A stretch of 64,000 nt of DNA from Balanoglossus misakiensis (lineage: Eukaryota > Animalia > Hemichordata). The DNA lies in contig CM082597.2 of the NCBI GenBank assembly GCA_040954595.2, positions 3,210,265 to 3,274,264 of the forward strand. The letters run 5' to 3'. Shown here one piece after another: positions 24,401 to 37,885 of the stretch. The position numbers and the translations under genes were made by a program. The number at the start of each line of letters is the position of its first letter. Within the stretch, counting starts at the first letter, position 1. The notes beneath the pieces were generated by a model, which did not search any database, had not been told where the DNA came from, and was given only the letters and a program-made list of their open reading frames with translations.

Positions 24401-27400
24401 TCCTTTCCATCCCGGATTGCAGATGCATTCACAGGTCCGATTGTCGATGTTTAACTCTACGTAACCATGGTGACACCAGGATGCATCCTCGAGGCATTCT
24501 TTGGAGCAAAGGCAAACATAGGCATCAGAATTTGTTCACATCACAATAAGGATGATGAAGTTATAGTTTGCACAAGTGATCATTCAGGGTAACCCCTGAT
24601 GTAGGAACTTTTCACAAACACTCATGCGATTGGTCAATTTTTTTACACGCATGTGTCGTAAGCAATTATTGGCTGATGGTTATCACTTAAGAGAGGTTGT
24701 CTTAGGATTATGCTTCTGTCTGTTTCTATGTAATGTTTAATATAGGAAAATAACGAGTACTAGCACATAAAAAAACTACAGCTTACCAAACTGACAGAGA
24801 TGAGAGCGTTCATAGTTCTTCAGGCAGTCATCGTCTTCCCATTCATAGTTAGTTCTGTGAGTAAAGAAAGAAGAACTCGACATTTGGGTTTAAGAGACTA
24901 TACCAGCATAGCACTCTAACACAGCAGAAGACGACTATACATGAATCATTAGAGACTGGGTGGGTCAACCCTGTACAAGTGACTCCATTATCACCACTTA
25001 CCTCAACACTGCGCAATCGTTCCCCAGTGTGCCTGGCTCGCCCGCCTTCCAGTTGTTGTAGTAGCTGCCCAGCAGGTCTCCGTCACTCCACTGCCATGTG
25101 GTGTTCACTTGGTACAGGTCAAAGAAGACCCTCTCGTTGTTTGTGAGTCCTGCACGTGTGAGGTACTCCTCAACATCACTCTGCTGCTGTGTGTGGGAGA
25201 TCTTCGCTAAAGCCCCTCCGAATTGGGTGCAGTGAATGTCCGACTCGTGGCGGGCGTACTTGGGCTCAGGAACCCAGTGTGTCGCGTACGATATCTCTGG
25301 GAATATGATCACAAAATTCATATCAGCAATAACACAATTAAGCTAACACTAAGCTAACACTATACAGCCACTTTTCTGGCCTTGAAACGCTTAGTTATCA
25401 TATAATAGGTACTTACGCCTTTGGCAGACTGCACCAATTGCTCCAGTTGGATCATTGTTAACATAATTGTAATCAATCCAGTTGTATCCATGGTTACGAC
25501 TGATGAAGGAAGACAGGGGTTGTTAAGCCAATATATCACATGGGGAATGTGGTAAAAGATCATAAGATTGAAAGTCGTGATCATAGACAACTCTATAGAT
25601 ATAAGTTCTTTGGCAGTGGCTGACACTAGTCTTATTCACATTCATTCAAATACCGAAGGAAAAGAGTACCTTATAGCAGCATAAGCGAAGGTCTCGTTGT
25701 TCGGTTCCCCAAGATCCCAGTTGAAATATTTCTCTAGTGGTTGCGAAGTATACCACTCGTAGATCTTCGCCTGTGTGTTGTCCATGTACACCCATTCATT
25801 GGTCTCGCTGTAGTTTCTTTGCAGACCAAAGTAAAACAGATCATACTGCCTGTCAGCTGTCAGGAGAACTTCGATGTCAGCTTGGATGTCGGTGTCAAGA
25901 ATTTCTGCCAAGACGCCACCTTCTGCTTTGCAGGCTGCGCGACCGTCATCGTAAGACGTTGCCCGGGCGATGAAATGGCTGTAAATCCCAAGCAGTGACA
26001 ACCCTGTGAAACGACAGACTCACACATTAGAGCACTCGATTAGTTAATGGTGAGGACAACATTTGAGAACACCACAGAACATAGACTTAAACACAATCTA
26101 ACCTCGAGGTCATATTCAGTTTATGTGAGGTATTTGTTGAGTTTGTTAATGGTGGTTTTTGTAATGTTATGATATTATTGAACCACTGTCTATTATAAGA
26201 ATGTTTCTTTTTTCATTCGCGGTATGAATTTACATGTATAAGAGTGTCCCACCTTCTGGTATTGAACAGTCAGTTCCATTAGGACAATAGCAATTAAGAC
26301 CATCACAGACCTGAGAAGACACAAACGTAAGATTGAATTATAAAACGTGTATGTTTAGACACAGCTGGTGTCCTACCCATTCAGTGAAAAGGACAAAGCA
26401 AAGGCTGTGTCTTCAGAGGGCGAGCTTTACAACATACATACCTGGTTGTTTCCACAGGAAGGATTGGGAAATGCCGGAGGTTCATTTTCGTCGACACAGA
26501 ATTCTTCCAGGGTGTCCCGGTCAATCACCTCGCACCAAAGCTCGCATGACGACTTCTCAGACGCAAACGAGAAAAAATAAAATGTATAATTCGTCATTAG
26601 AGATGCCATGTTTGGACTACAATGTAGAATTTGACATTGACACAGGAAAATTTGGCAGCATCCACGTGTCACTGACGTAGGGATCTGTTCACCATTGGAT
26701 TAGACAAGAAAGACCTTTACTTACACATTCGTAAGTAAGCCTCCATGGGCATGCGCGTAGAGAGGTGTCGTTTACACTTGACAGATACTTGCTGAAGCAC
26801 GCATAATCTAATCGGTCCCGCTCCGTCACAAATGTTTCGTACACTCCGCTGTCAGAAGGGGTGTCCAGAAGACACTGACCTTCCTGTGAGCTGTAACATT
26901 ACAGAAACAGTGTCATTATGAAAATTAGATGTGATGACCAAATAAACTATGTTACTATAAGAAATAAACCACGAACCACGCCCTCACATACCCAAGGTAT
27001 TGAGATATATCATCGATGTTGCACTGATCGAAGGTTACCATAGTGATGTCTGACATAATACTACCACTGCAATTCACCGTGTCATAGTTGTCGTCCATTC
27101 CAACTCTGCAATAATTCGAATACCATATTAATAAAATCACCATGCAAAAATTCATCTCTCACATGATAGTCAACTTTGGAAGACGATGGAATATAACAAT
27201 AGATATATAAAGGAATTCACAGGGTTTCAAGCAGTCGTGGAAGAAGCATTTCATACTTGTGTGAAAATGCGAAGACGAAGAAGTAAAGTCTTACTACTCA
27301 CATGTGTCCCAATTGTCTAGTTAAAACTCTGGTGGACTGGTCCCCATTTTGGTATCGCACAGCGATGAAGTGATTCTCTGTGTGGCATCCCTTGAACGAG

Positions 27401-30400
27401 GATACACCACTGTCGTCTCCAGTGTTGTCAATGCTACTCCTAATGGAAGTATATTAAAAGAGGTCTCGGGTTGCACGGTGAACATATCATGGTTGTCTGT
27501 TACCAAAGGATCATAACCGAAATGACAATAAAACTAATGCAGTGCAACTTGGAACCCTTGCTTGGGTAACCAAGTGTATACATGGACTGCTCTTGTCCAT
27601 AACTAGTGCTGACATTTTACAAAATGAAACACTCACAAAACCTTGTATTTTCTCATCAATTTTAAAGCACTTTACCCTCCAAAGATGACTGCCACGTCGT
27701 AATACTCAGCTGTCAAATCGCCACCATTCCTCCATGATTGGTTGGACTCCCAGTGAAATCCGAATGTGCTGTAGAGACGAGTGATGTCTGGCCAGCTGCT
27801 CAAACCAGTCGAGTTCTGGTAAATGCATAGGATAGCAATGTTTGGAAAGGTGACAGAAATATCGCAAAGCAGAGCTCAGACCCATTGAATTGTGGTACAT
27901 GTATACCGGTATATCACAATGATACCAATGGCAACTGTGAATCGTATGCCTGTATTCTTAGTATGCAGTATGTATACTCAAACATTGTTTTCAATAAGAG
28001 ACCAAAATGGGGTGACAACTATCACTTTTTGGCGAAATCACTTGACTCAACAAGTTATCCCTGTGATGTGACTGGTGTTAAATAATAAACCGGTAGTGCT
28101 TACCAAAAGAAGGTCTGTTTCGAAGAGGACCACCTTGACAACAGAGAGGTAGACGTAGACACCAGAACTAAGCAAGGAGTCGTCCAGAAAAATGGCTTGA
28201 GCCTGAAGATGTAGAATGTTCCCATGATAATAAGCACAAAAATATTTAAAGTAAATGCCACACAAATAAAAAAACAACATGCAGTTTAGTTGAGGAACTG
28301 TTGAGTACATACTTTATTGATATGGGCCAGAGTGATATCAATGCTACCATTTCCGGCGTCGCTATACACATCATAGTCAATGGCAACGAGTAGTTCAATG
28401 TAGCTTGGGGGAGGGACGCTCATCTCCTGGCGACTAGATCCACCAGTGTCTACAGCTACAGAAATTAAAGTAAAATTTACGCTGATGTTTTGCGATACGA
28501 ATACTCCAATGCATTTCAGCACAGCTCTGTGTGTGCTCGTTTTGTACACACTTTTGTGATAAATGAACATGACCGCCAAGCTTACCTCCAATTTTAATCA
28601 TGTCATGGAACAGGTTTTCATATTCTACTTCAGCAGGATAGATAATGTGTAAGTCGGTCGTGCCCCCACCGATTGTAATCGGCGACACTCGTATCTCTGT
28701 TCCATCTATAAACATAGACCCTTCCTACGTAAACATATAAATAAGATAAACCAGAAAGATCTGTTCAGAAAGTAGGTTACATGGAACACAGGATAGAATG
28801 TTCGTGTTGTCGAACAACGTTTTGATCAATTATTTACGTGTGTCTGTCCAGTTTTCCAACAACAAACCACAGGGCTTGCAACATTCGATTGAAACGCTCA
28901 CCAGACCATTGCAGACGTGGAAGGCGGCCTTCCCGATCTTCTCAGAGGCATCTTGAAGGGACTGCCTCCTTGCTTTCCCAATGAAGTGACAGTTTCTGTT
29001 GGGAAGGCTCTCCTCGACGTCGCCTCCAGCCTGCTTGCGAACCAGGACAGCGCCAGGTCGAACCAGAGCTGAGAACAGAAAGCGAAAATAAACTCATTAT
29101 GAGATTCTGCGAGACTTGGCTGATTACTGTTATAATCTGTTGGTGGAGAAGTACTATAATCATTGCATGAAGCTAGAATACATTTATGTGCTTAGCTTGA
29201 CCAAAATGTAACTTTCCTAATGAGTCACTGTACTATTTTTGTCCCACATGTAATTTGCCTGGCCACACAAAATCTCCCAGGGCTCATTGAGTGTCCATTA
29301 AACACCCATGAACACACACACTTTTGATGATGTGTTTCAGAACAGGAGTCAAAACAAGAGAGATGCACCCCACCTCTGTTTTCATTGACTGTCACTGTGT
29401 AATTATAACCGAAAGCGATGAATTCGTATACTGCCAGGTCATTGGTAGTCCTGCTGTAGAGCACAGCCGGGTTGATGTATTCATACACTGGTCCAGAATC
29501 TGGAAGACAATTCTTAATAAATCAAGAGCCTGTGCAATTACAGTGTGGCCATGAGAATTAAAAAGGCTGAAATAGTTACAATATATTGCACAGATTAATA
29601 CAATTTGTAGCTGATTGACAGATCGAACAGTTTATTGATTGATTGACCTATCGATTGACTGGTTGGTTGGCTTGATTGTCGGTCGTTCAATTAATTGATT
29701 GAATAATTGATTGATTGATCTATATCCACCCATCCACCCACATGAAGTTCAGAATACTTACTCAGCACGTTGTTTACAGTCCCACTGGTGATATCTTGTT
29801 GGTCCTACGAGAAATTTTTAATAATTCTACAGTTCATTGTTCTTAAATAAGGCTTTAAACGATTATGAACGCATGAAATATTAAATAGCCGATAGCTACA
29901 GACACACTACATGTGGTGCTTGTCAAGCTCTATTTGAACATTACAGATAAATGTGACAAGAATTTGAAAGACATCTCTTCTAGCCTATGTTAAATGGGTC
30001 ACCGATACGCACAAATGATAGAATATCTGCATTAGATAAAATGTGCTGATAATTCCAACATGGTGGCTTGAAATTTAAATTCAGCTCATGTACCGTATAA
30101 CCTACAGTTATATGTTTCTTGTGCGCATTAGTAAGAGTAAACATGATGGCAGGCATGTAAATCAGATTGTTGTGTTAAATGTCCATTAAGTCAAATTTCA
30201 TCAGTCAATCCTTCTATAAGGATTGTGTTTGATGGAATTAAACTGACAACTGACTTGCAACAATGAGATGATATAAAGGAAAGATATAGCTGAACATTCT
30301 GCCAAATATTTCTTGTTTAATTTTGCCTTTCTTCAGTGTTATAAATCATTAAAATTATCTATGTGAATTTCTCTTTCTGTCAGACAATTTTAGATCATCA

Positions 30401-30559
30401 ATTCGACTGTCAGTCATGGACCAGTATTATAAATACAAATATCACAAATGATGTACTCACGTCTACGCTGCCTCCAAAAGCTCGAATAGTCCATATAAGC
30501 ACCACGAGCAGAAACGCTATATTGATATGGAGGTTATTCCCTCCTGCTAGAGAGGACAT
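21449..30559 (-). CDS. Secreted ADAM/ADAMTS-like pseudo-metalloprotease fused to 5 C-type lectin and 3 EGF domains; ~27 exons, ~1240 aa
   Basis: Exons (minus): 30461-30559 (signal peptide), 29762-29804, 29374-29499, 28902-29068, 28586-28724 (prodomain: AFG, NCHFIG..AAFHVCNGLEG..HIIY), 28313-28455 (YIELLVAID), 28104-28202, 27676-27815, 27302-27439, 26992-27105, 26725-26890 (CLLDTP), 26442-26555 (CELWC..PSCG), 26253-26310, 25670-26003+25417-25499 (CTL1), 25002-25296+24787-24854 (CTL2), 24388-24498 (EGF), 23865-24150+23654-23721 (CTL3), 23334-23444 (EGF), 22838-23105+22558-22631 (CTL4), 22248-22349 (EGF), 21819-22098+21559-21635 (CTL5), 21449-21477 (tentative last exon). Splice phases are consistent throughout; the terminal exon is uncertain. 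Confidence 0.85.
22684..22813. repeat. Mixed trinucleotide low-complexity tract (GTT/GCT/GAT/GGT) in intron
   Basis: gttgttgttactgctgctgctgctgatggtgcatgatgatgatgat...ggtggtggtgatgatgata. Confidence 0.75.
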
Positions 30560-31655
30560 CATTGCACTAAATGAATATCACAGGTGGTGACGTCGCTGTT
30601 TAGCGTGTGTTGCGTCGATGCCAATACGCTTAATTCCTGCAACAGTGTGTCATGGGAATTTTCCTCCTTTCAGACCACTGTGTTCTGAGCTTATCAACTT
30701 GTCTATGATAAGCGTTGTTGTTGAATAGCATGGATACTTGTCAGAAGTAGTGACCCATATTTACTGTGTTTTGATACATCATTTTCACACGTGGGATATC
30801 CAGTATTTACATGTTGTGGCATTTATATGACTTACTGTACAAGCCCCTGTATTATTCCAAACGTCCATTTTGAATGTCACCATCATTAAGGTTAAACCAA
30901 CATCATCAAAAGTGTATAGAAATTTTGCCACAGAATTGCTTCCCTGTACTATAATTATATTATGGATATCAGTGTCAAGTCTGACGATAATTTATATACA
31001 TTGTCCATGTGTCCTCTCTAATTGAAAAGAGAACGAGAAAACTAGATTGGATGGTCTGAAGAAGACAAAACACGAGAATGTGAATGCTATTCAATTGTTT
31101 ATTCTTTCAATAATGGTTACATATGCAGTGTTACTCAAGGTGTTATTTTTCATGTTTACAATATCTCTGGATATGCCCGCCCTCAATCTCTCCAAAGCAT
31201 GTTAGAATGTATCTAGGAAAATGCAATCACTCAAAGTAATGTCACTGGACAAATTTCACACCTGCACAATATCTACATGTACCATAATTCATTGGTTCAT
31301 TGGTATTATCATGTATTCATTAGTGTACTTGATAACAAGATTCCTCTAATAAAAATTAGCTTGTCCCAAAATTTGACAAAAATAGTAGTATATTGTGATA
31401 CCTGTATGTCCTTTTAATTGTCGATGAACAAATACAATTCCAAACTACTGCTGATTGGAGAAAAGTATAACTCAATTATTTACCCTGTATTAGTCCCTGA
31501 ATGTGAAAGTGGTCTGATCTAAGATAAGCAGTTGGGAGTCGAAGAAGAAACCATGGTTAATGCACAGAATTTGAACATTAAAAAGTAGTGAGTTCAATTT
31601 TTTAAGAACCCCGTCATTGAAGTTAGGAATTTTGGGAACCCCATAATGCATTGAT

Positions 31656-34600
31656 TCACTTTCGTTTCGAGGACGGTGTCAAGAACGTCATGGGCAGATA
31701 CGATCCACGACCCTGGGGCGTTTCTAGTGGTTGAAGCAATGGCTCATCATCGGGCTCATTACTGTCCGTGCCAACACTGGTTCTCTTGCTGTTCATGTGA
31801 GGCGGGCTGGGATCCTGTACTGACGTTGAGTCCTCTGACTTGCCTTCGTCAGCAAAGTGAATGTCGACCACGTGTGATGCAAGCGATGCAGCTCTATTTA
31901 TTGCACCTGGTGTCACCTGTGTCCCGAACTCGTTAGATCTTTCTTGGTCAGGCTCCGTCAGCTTTTCAGCTGGATTAAGGAGTGCGCGCATCTTTCTTAA
32001 TGTTTCAGATCCACCATCCACCTTCTGTTCATTCGTCTTAAGACCTTCTACAGGCACCATATTTACCATGCTGTCTTCAGGCTGCCTATTGAGCTCATCT
32101 TGTATCCCTGCCAGAGTTTCTACATCCTTAACATTGACCCGACTCAAGATCTCCTGTACCTTTCCGATTCCTTTGAGCATACATCGATTCTCGTTGGCTG
32201 ATGCGGCCAGCATATGCGCCATCTTTTCCACAATCCCATGCATTTCCAACCTAAAACAGAAAAAATACATTTGATGTCATATTAGTGAATGGGCAACTAG
32301 AAAGATTCAATAAGTGAATGGGAAAACTAAAAAGGTTCATCATTTAGGATTACCTCAATGCATGCATGTCTTCTTTGACATCATAGTCGTCATCCCCAGC
32401 AGCGCCATCACCGTCACTCTGGTTTGATTTCTGCTCGGCGATATAACGCAATGTCAGTTGTTTGACTACTTCCTGCAACAAAGGAAAGATTGCATAGAAG
32501 ACGTTGTTTACTCTTCAAGTATATATACCCTCGCGAATGATTTATTTGGCATATTGGCACAATGGTGAGTTAATTTGAAGTGCCCGAATCATCAATAGTG
32601 TTTCTAGGTCATTATATCGTCGTGAATGCACTCTGGCAAGTTCCTTTAAACAGGGCGCAAAAGTAGCATGGTAATGATTGTATACCCCATACAAGGCAAA
32701 TTTCCTAAAGCATAACATGAACAAAACAATCACTACATACATTTCAGCTCATACAAGAACATAGACTAACTGCACACAAACAATAAGGTTATTTAAAATA
32801 CCTGGTATTTTTCTTCCTTCTTCATGACTTCTTCTCTGTCTTTCTGTTTCAAATAAGATGAATTTAAATATAAAGTGAGAACAATTATTGATTGAATGTT
32901 TATTCAAAGATTGTTGAGCAATTTTCTGAAATGAGACTTGCAGGAGGAAATAACCTTCATATCATTCAGTTCAAGCCAGAGCATAGATTGAAATGGCAAT
33001 AGAGTGTACAAATATTGTTTAAATATAGCTAAACGTCGGTGATTTCACCTTAATTTTTCGGCGATCGGTCTTCCTACAGACTATGTAGTACAGAGAACGT
33101 GGTATGTTGCAGAGAGTTGCAATAGTTGGTATTATATTGAACGGTGGTTGCAACGTCGACCCCTTCAAGAAGAAATCCTTCCACATTTCAGAGCGGCAAA
33201 ATTTCCACTCTGTATCTGCGTTTTCCTGGAGAGATAAAGAGAACACATATTGAAATGTGATTCTGTGGATAAAGGTGGGGAAATTTCACTATGTCGAGGC
33301 GTGGAAAGGATATTCGGATGCTTAAATGCAGGCAGGAAACTATAGAGTGAAAATGGTGAACTCTTTAACAAAGTGTCCCCATATCAAAATTCTATGTCAG
33401 TGCTGCTCTATGTGTGAACATGTTAATTAACTCACCTCTATCTTGGTGTATGTATTGCTCATAACTGCAATGATCAAGTTCAATAACACCACAATGGCTA
33501 CAACATGGTAGAAGCCATACAAGAACTTTCCAAATTGTTCAGTGGACTTGTGATCAGCTGCCACCTGTAGTGCGTCGAGATCAGCCAATCCAAATAGTGA
33601 CCAAAATAACGTTGCCATACTGTCCCCTAATCTGGAAATAACCATTTAAAGGGAGGGTGTGTGTTATACACATATCTGACCCTTTGGTCCCATTTGTTTC
33701 CAAATAAACAGTTCTGTGGTTTATAGACATATAAATGTTTTGTCTGTCTTGAATCATAAAGGCGTAGCAGTTTCTCAAATCATTGTGTGTTATGTGTGTG
33801 ACACCTTGTTTCTGAAGGCTACATGTTCTCAACTTGAATAAACAGTGACCTACAGCAGACGGATTGTTGAATGCTCACCAACAACCAAACAGTGTTGATT
33901 GCGAATACGTATGTTATTCTCATAGTAGAAAGAACACTTACGATCCAAAGGCGTGCTCACTACAGTCCTTACTCTTGTCGTCGTTGTTCTTTTGCAGACA
34001 GCTGAGCTGTTCAGAAGCAGCGTAACTCCAGTATATCTGCGTCATACCCAGAGCGAACGCCATCCAGATCAGAGTGAAGATGAAGAGAAACCGGAGAATG
34101 TCATAGATCATCTTCGTCAGTGATATCTGCATCGGCCCAACCAGTTCGCTGATGACGATCATGCGCAGGAGTCTCAACGCGGACAGGACCGACGCCAGTG
34201 CAAATATCAGTTCGGAAACTACTGTTGGGTCCCACTGGTTCCAAGACTCTCTAGGTGATGGTAGAGGCTTCTGTGGTTCGAAAACAGAGTAATCACCAAA
34301 TACGAAGCTATAGTCTGCATCGTCGTCTGTCTGGTATAATGTTCGTACAGTTTCTGTGAAGACTTTAGTAAGGTTTGCGGTTGAGCATGCATTGGTGTTA
34401 ATGATGCCAGTAAGTCTATGAACCACCACAGATGCCATGTCTTGGATAAGGTTGTCTGTGTACTGTCGAGTTTCCGTGTGTTCAATGGCGATTAACCTAT
34501 TGGTATCCAGGGCGTCCACATCAGGTGGGGGTGTAGAACTCTCATCACCCACTGCCCTCACACTTCGATAACCAAGATCTTCAAATTCTCTTTCGATCTG

Positions 34601-37600
34601 TGAAATAGACAGGAGATGTTTGCAACGATACTCTGCTTGTCGTAATAAGTGGACTCCATGGCCTTGGAAACTTGTCGATTTTAGGACATCAAACTATAAC
34701 GCAGCACCCCATTGGACAAGGATAGAGTTCTTTCAGTAACAGTACCTACCATTACAAATGACACAATTCGAAGGCTTAGCCATGACCAGTAGAAACCCAT
34801 CATTACAAAATCGAGACAATTCCACTTGTCCTTTAGATATCGTCGAAGTCCTTTCCCCCATATTTCCTCTATTTCTCTCCACGTCATACCTGTTTCAAGC
34901 AAAAGACAAACATACAATGAGCTGTTTTGAAATCACAGTCCATTTAAAGGGTTCTTACATAGTCCAAGATGAATTTGGTATTAACACCCATGCACGAAAA
35001 GTTCTTTACGAGCAAGAATGACATAAATTTTTTGACGATAATACCACTCCAATCTGGGCCAGTGTACAGGTTAAATTGTGTCAGCATCATCCTGTGCGAA
35101 AGGTTGAGAAGTTTTCACAAGTGGAGGTGAAGGAGAGACTATTATTACCAAGGATCCATATGATTATCAGCCATTCTACTGGACTAGGTGGTCTACCTCG
35201 TTGCTGGGTAAACAGCCGTGAAAGTCTCGGTGTGATCGATTTGTCCGACCCGATGTACCACGTAAGTAAAAACCTGTAAAAGCCGTCTGATTCACCAATT
35301 TCTTCAGATGAAAGGAACAGCAAGATCAGGAATGCCATGAATGATGATACATACATCAGAAACTTTATATATCTAGGAAAAAAATATTGTGCTGAATTAG
35401 GTCATGAATTTGCTTGATTATTCATGGCTGTGTGCCCCTCCCCCCCCCCCCTCTCTCTCTCTCTCTCTAAACCTTGCTAATGTTTGCTACTCGGGATTGG
35501 AAGCAAGACACTCCTTGAAAAACTCAGTTCTAGAAGTCATCGATTGTGTGTACACACACACACACACACGAGTGAGCTGTTTATGCCTTACTTATATCAC
35601 CCACCAATGTGCATGTCATCTACAATACTTTATATGATGTCAAAGCAGTCTCTGGGATATCCTTCATTAATACTCACGGTATCCTCATGAAACGTCCAAA
35701 TGATCCAAATGGCAGCAGAATATATGCCACAGAGAGGAATGGGAAAGCCAGGAAGACAGCAACCGAACGAGCGATAAATCCCAATTCACTTTTATTGCGC
35801 CAGGAGTTCAGACCAGCATACCAGCGCTCAACCAAAAACTGTTGGCAATGCGGATGGGCAACGAACTGAAATGGAATGGCACAAAATCGAGATGTGATCA
35901 TGTGAGGACCCAGTATTGGACTAAAGAGTCTTTGCTATTGTACAGCAGTTCTTTTTAATATGCACAATTCCACGGGAAGGGTCGAAATATTCGATGGTAT
36001 AGAGTGTAAGTTGCCCTACCTTCTTCTGCTCCAATTCCATTGCCTCGAAGGCCTTTACCGGAACACGGTCCATACTCTCGATGCTATCATGGTATTTCAG
36101 TTTGCTCGAATGCGTCAAAACTGTGGCCTGCTCGTCTGTGGTTCGAGTTTGTCCCAACAACGCTGCTGCAAACTCCTCGCATCTTTCAGATAACGCCTCG
36201 TAGTCTTGCCAGAACTCGTGTTCTCTATGCCCCACTTCTTGCAATGTCTTGCTCAGCTGTAGAGCCAAAAAACAAATATCTGTTATACCGTACTCACCAA
36301 GTAGATGATGTTCCCTTCATTGCGAGATCTCACAATACTTGGTTATTGCCGCAGCAACAGGTTATTAGTCAAGTACTACAACCTAAGCTTTGTATGAATC
36401 TACAATAGGTGCAGAGTTTAATATAAAAATACTTTTTGGCACGTTTGGTCATGTGTGATACCGCAATGTCTGAGAAGACAAGCCTTCCTACCTTAAATGC
36501 TCTATCGATAGGATCTTCCTCGGTCAGTGAAATGTAGGCTTCACTACTCAAGGCTCGATACTTGAGCAACATGCCAACACATCGTTGCAGGCTGTTAACA
36601 ACTGTGCATTCTTCCAGATCTTCAATGTAAGCGCCATGTTGCAACAGCAGCTGAAAATGTTCCAAAAATGCAATGGATTATATTCACAAGCTGGCCTCTT
36701 CTATATGGTACATTTTACCACTATTAACCACCACCTCTTTCAATCAGTGATGTACATTAAACTACAGTGCCTGTGGCTCATTGTGTGAACAACATCATTG
36801 CCTTTAAAGTACATACCTTTATGATATCATAGTTATTGTGGTGGGCAGCCAATACAAGTGGTGTGATGTCTGGATGATAGTCAGGGCTGTCCACCTGGCC
36901 GTTAATTATGCTCTGGCCTCCATCCTAATGGCAAGACATATAACTAGTTTTTAGTAGAGAATATTGTTCCAATGTATGATGTGAAATATATCTCCTCCTT
37001 AATTGCAATCATGGCCACTATGTAGCGTTGGAAATTGTATGCCATGCATTCATAGGAAATGGTGTATAATCTCTGGAATGAAAATGTTGTGGGGCCTTCC
37101 ACTGTAAATCTGGGATAGGCCTGATCTCAACTTTCCATGGTAAATGTTAGGAGACACATTTGCATAGGTATTACTAACGAGGAAAAACACACAGCGGCGG
37201 CCACTGTCTGTGTAATTTAAATTGTACTCTGTCTGAGCTAAAATTACATTATATCTGAGCTATAATTACATTCTGACACTCTGAACGTGTTAGCACTGGT
37301 GGTGTCAATAGACAAAGCATGAAACAAATTAATTAATCTTCTTAACTGAATACTGAAGCAAGGTTCTTGTGGTTGTAATTTTAATCACAGGGCCCATGTT
37401 CACTACTTAAATGCATACCTTATGTTCTCTTGCAAATTCACAGATGATTTTCACAGCTTCGCAGAACTGACTGTCTACAGCTCGCAATAACGCATCTTCT
37501 ATTTGCACATCATGGTGTAACAAGCAACGAAGAATTTCTGTCATGAGAATAAATATTCCTTGTCATATTACCTTTTTATAAAAAAGAAGAAATCATCATC

Positions 37601-37885
37601 ACCCATACCACTATCATTCTGGGTCTCAGCTTCTAAGGATTTTGAACTGGCATTTGCAGTTTACTCCAATGTATGTAATATTTGCCTGAAAAATTTAATA
37701 AATGCTATCATATTACCTGTTTTTCTGCCAATGATGGCTAACTCTATCGCTGATCTTCCTTTGTCGTCTTTTGCATCTTTGTCCACGTTTTCAGGTCTGT
37801 TCAGGGCAAAATTCACAGCGGCTAGATCACCTTTTTCAACTGCTGCAAGATACAGTTTCTCAAATTTCTCTCTTGTGCCTTCCAT
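31656..37885 (-). CDS. TRPC-family cation channel, paralog B; 14 coding exons, ~1042 aa
   Basis: Exons 37717-37885, 37419-37537, 36817-36924, 36492-36650, 36020-36256, 35678-35865, 35149-35372, 34750-34889, 33942-34597, 33436-33631, 33049-33225, 32802-32843, 32354-32472, 31656-32250 (3129 nt, in frame). Motifs: [77 protein letters not shown]. The frame stays open 12 codons upstream to an acceptor at 37923, so an N-terminal extension is possible. Minus-strand AATAAA at 31098-31103. Confidence 0.93.
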
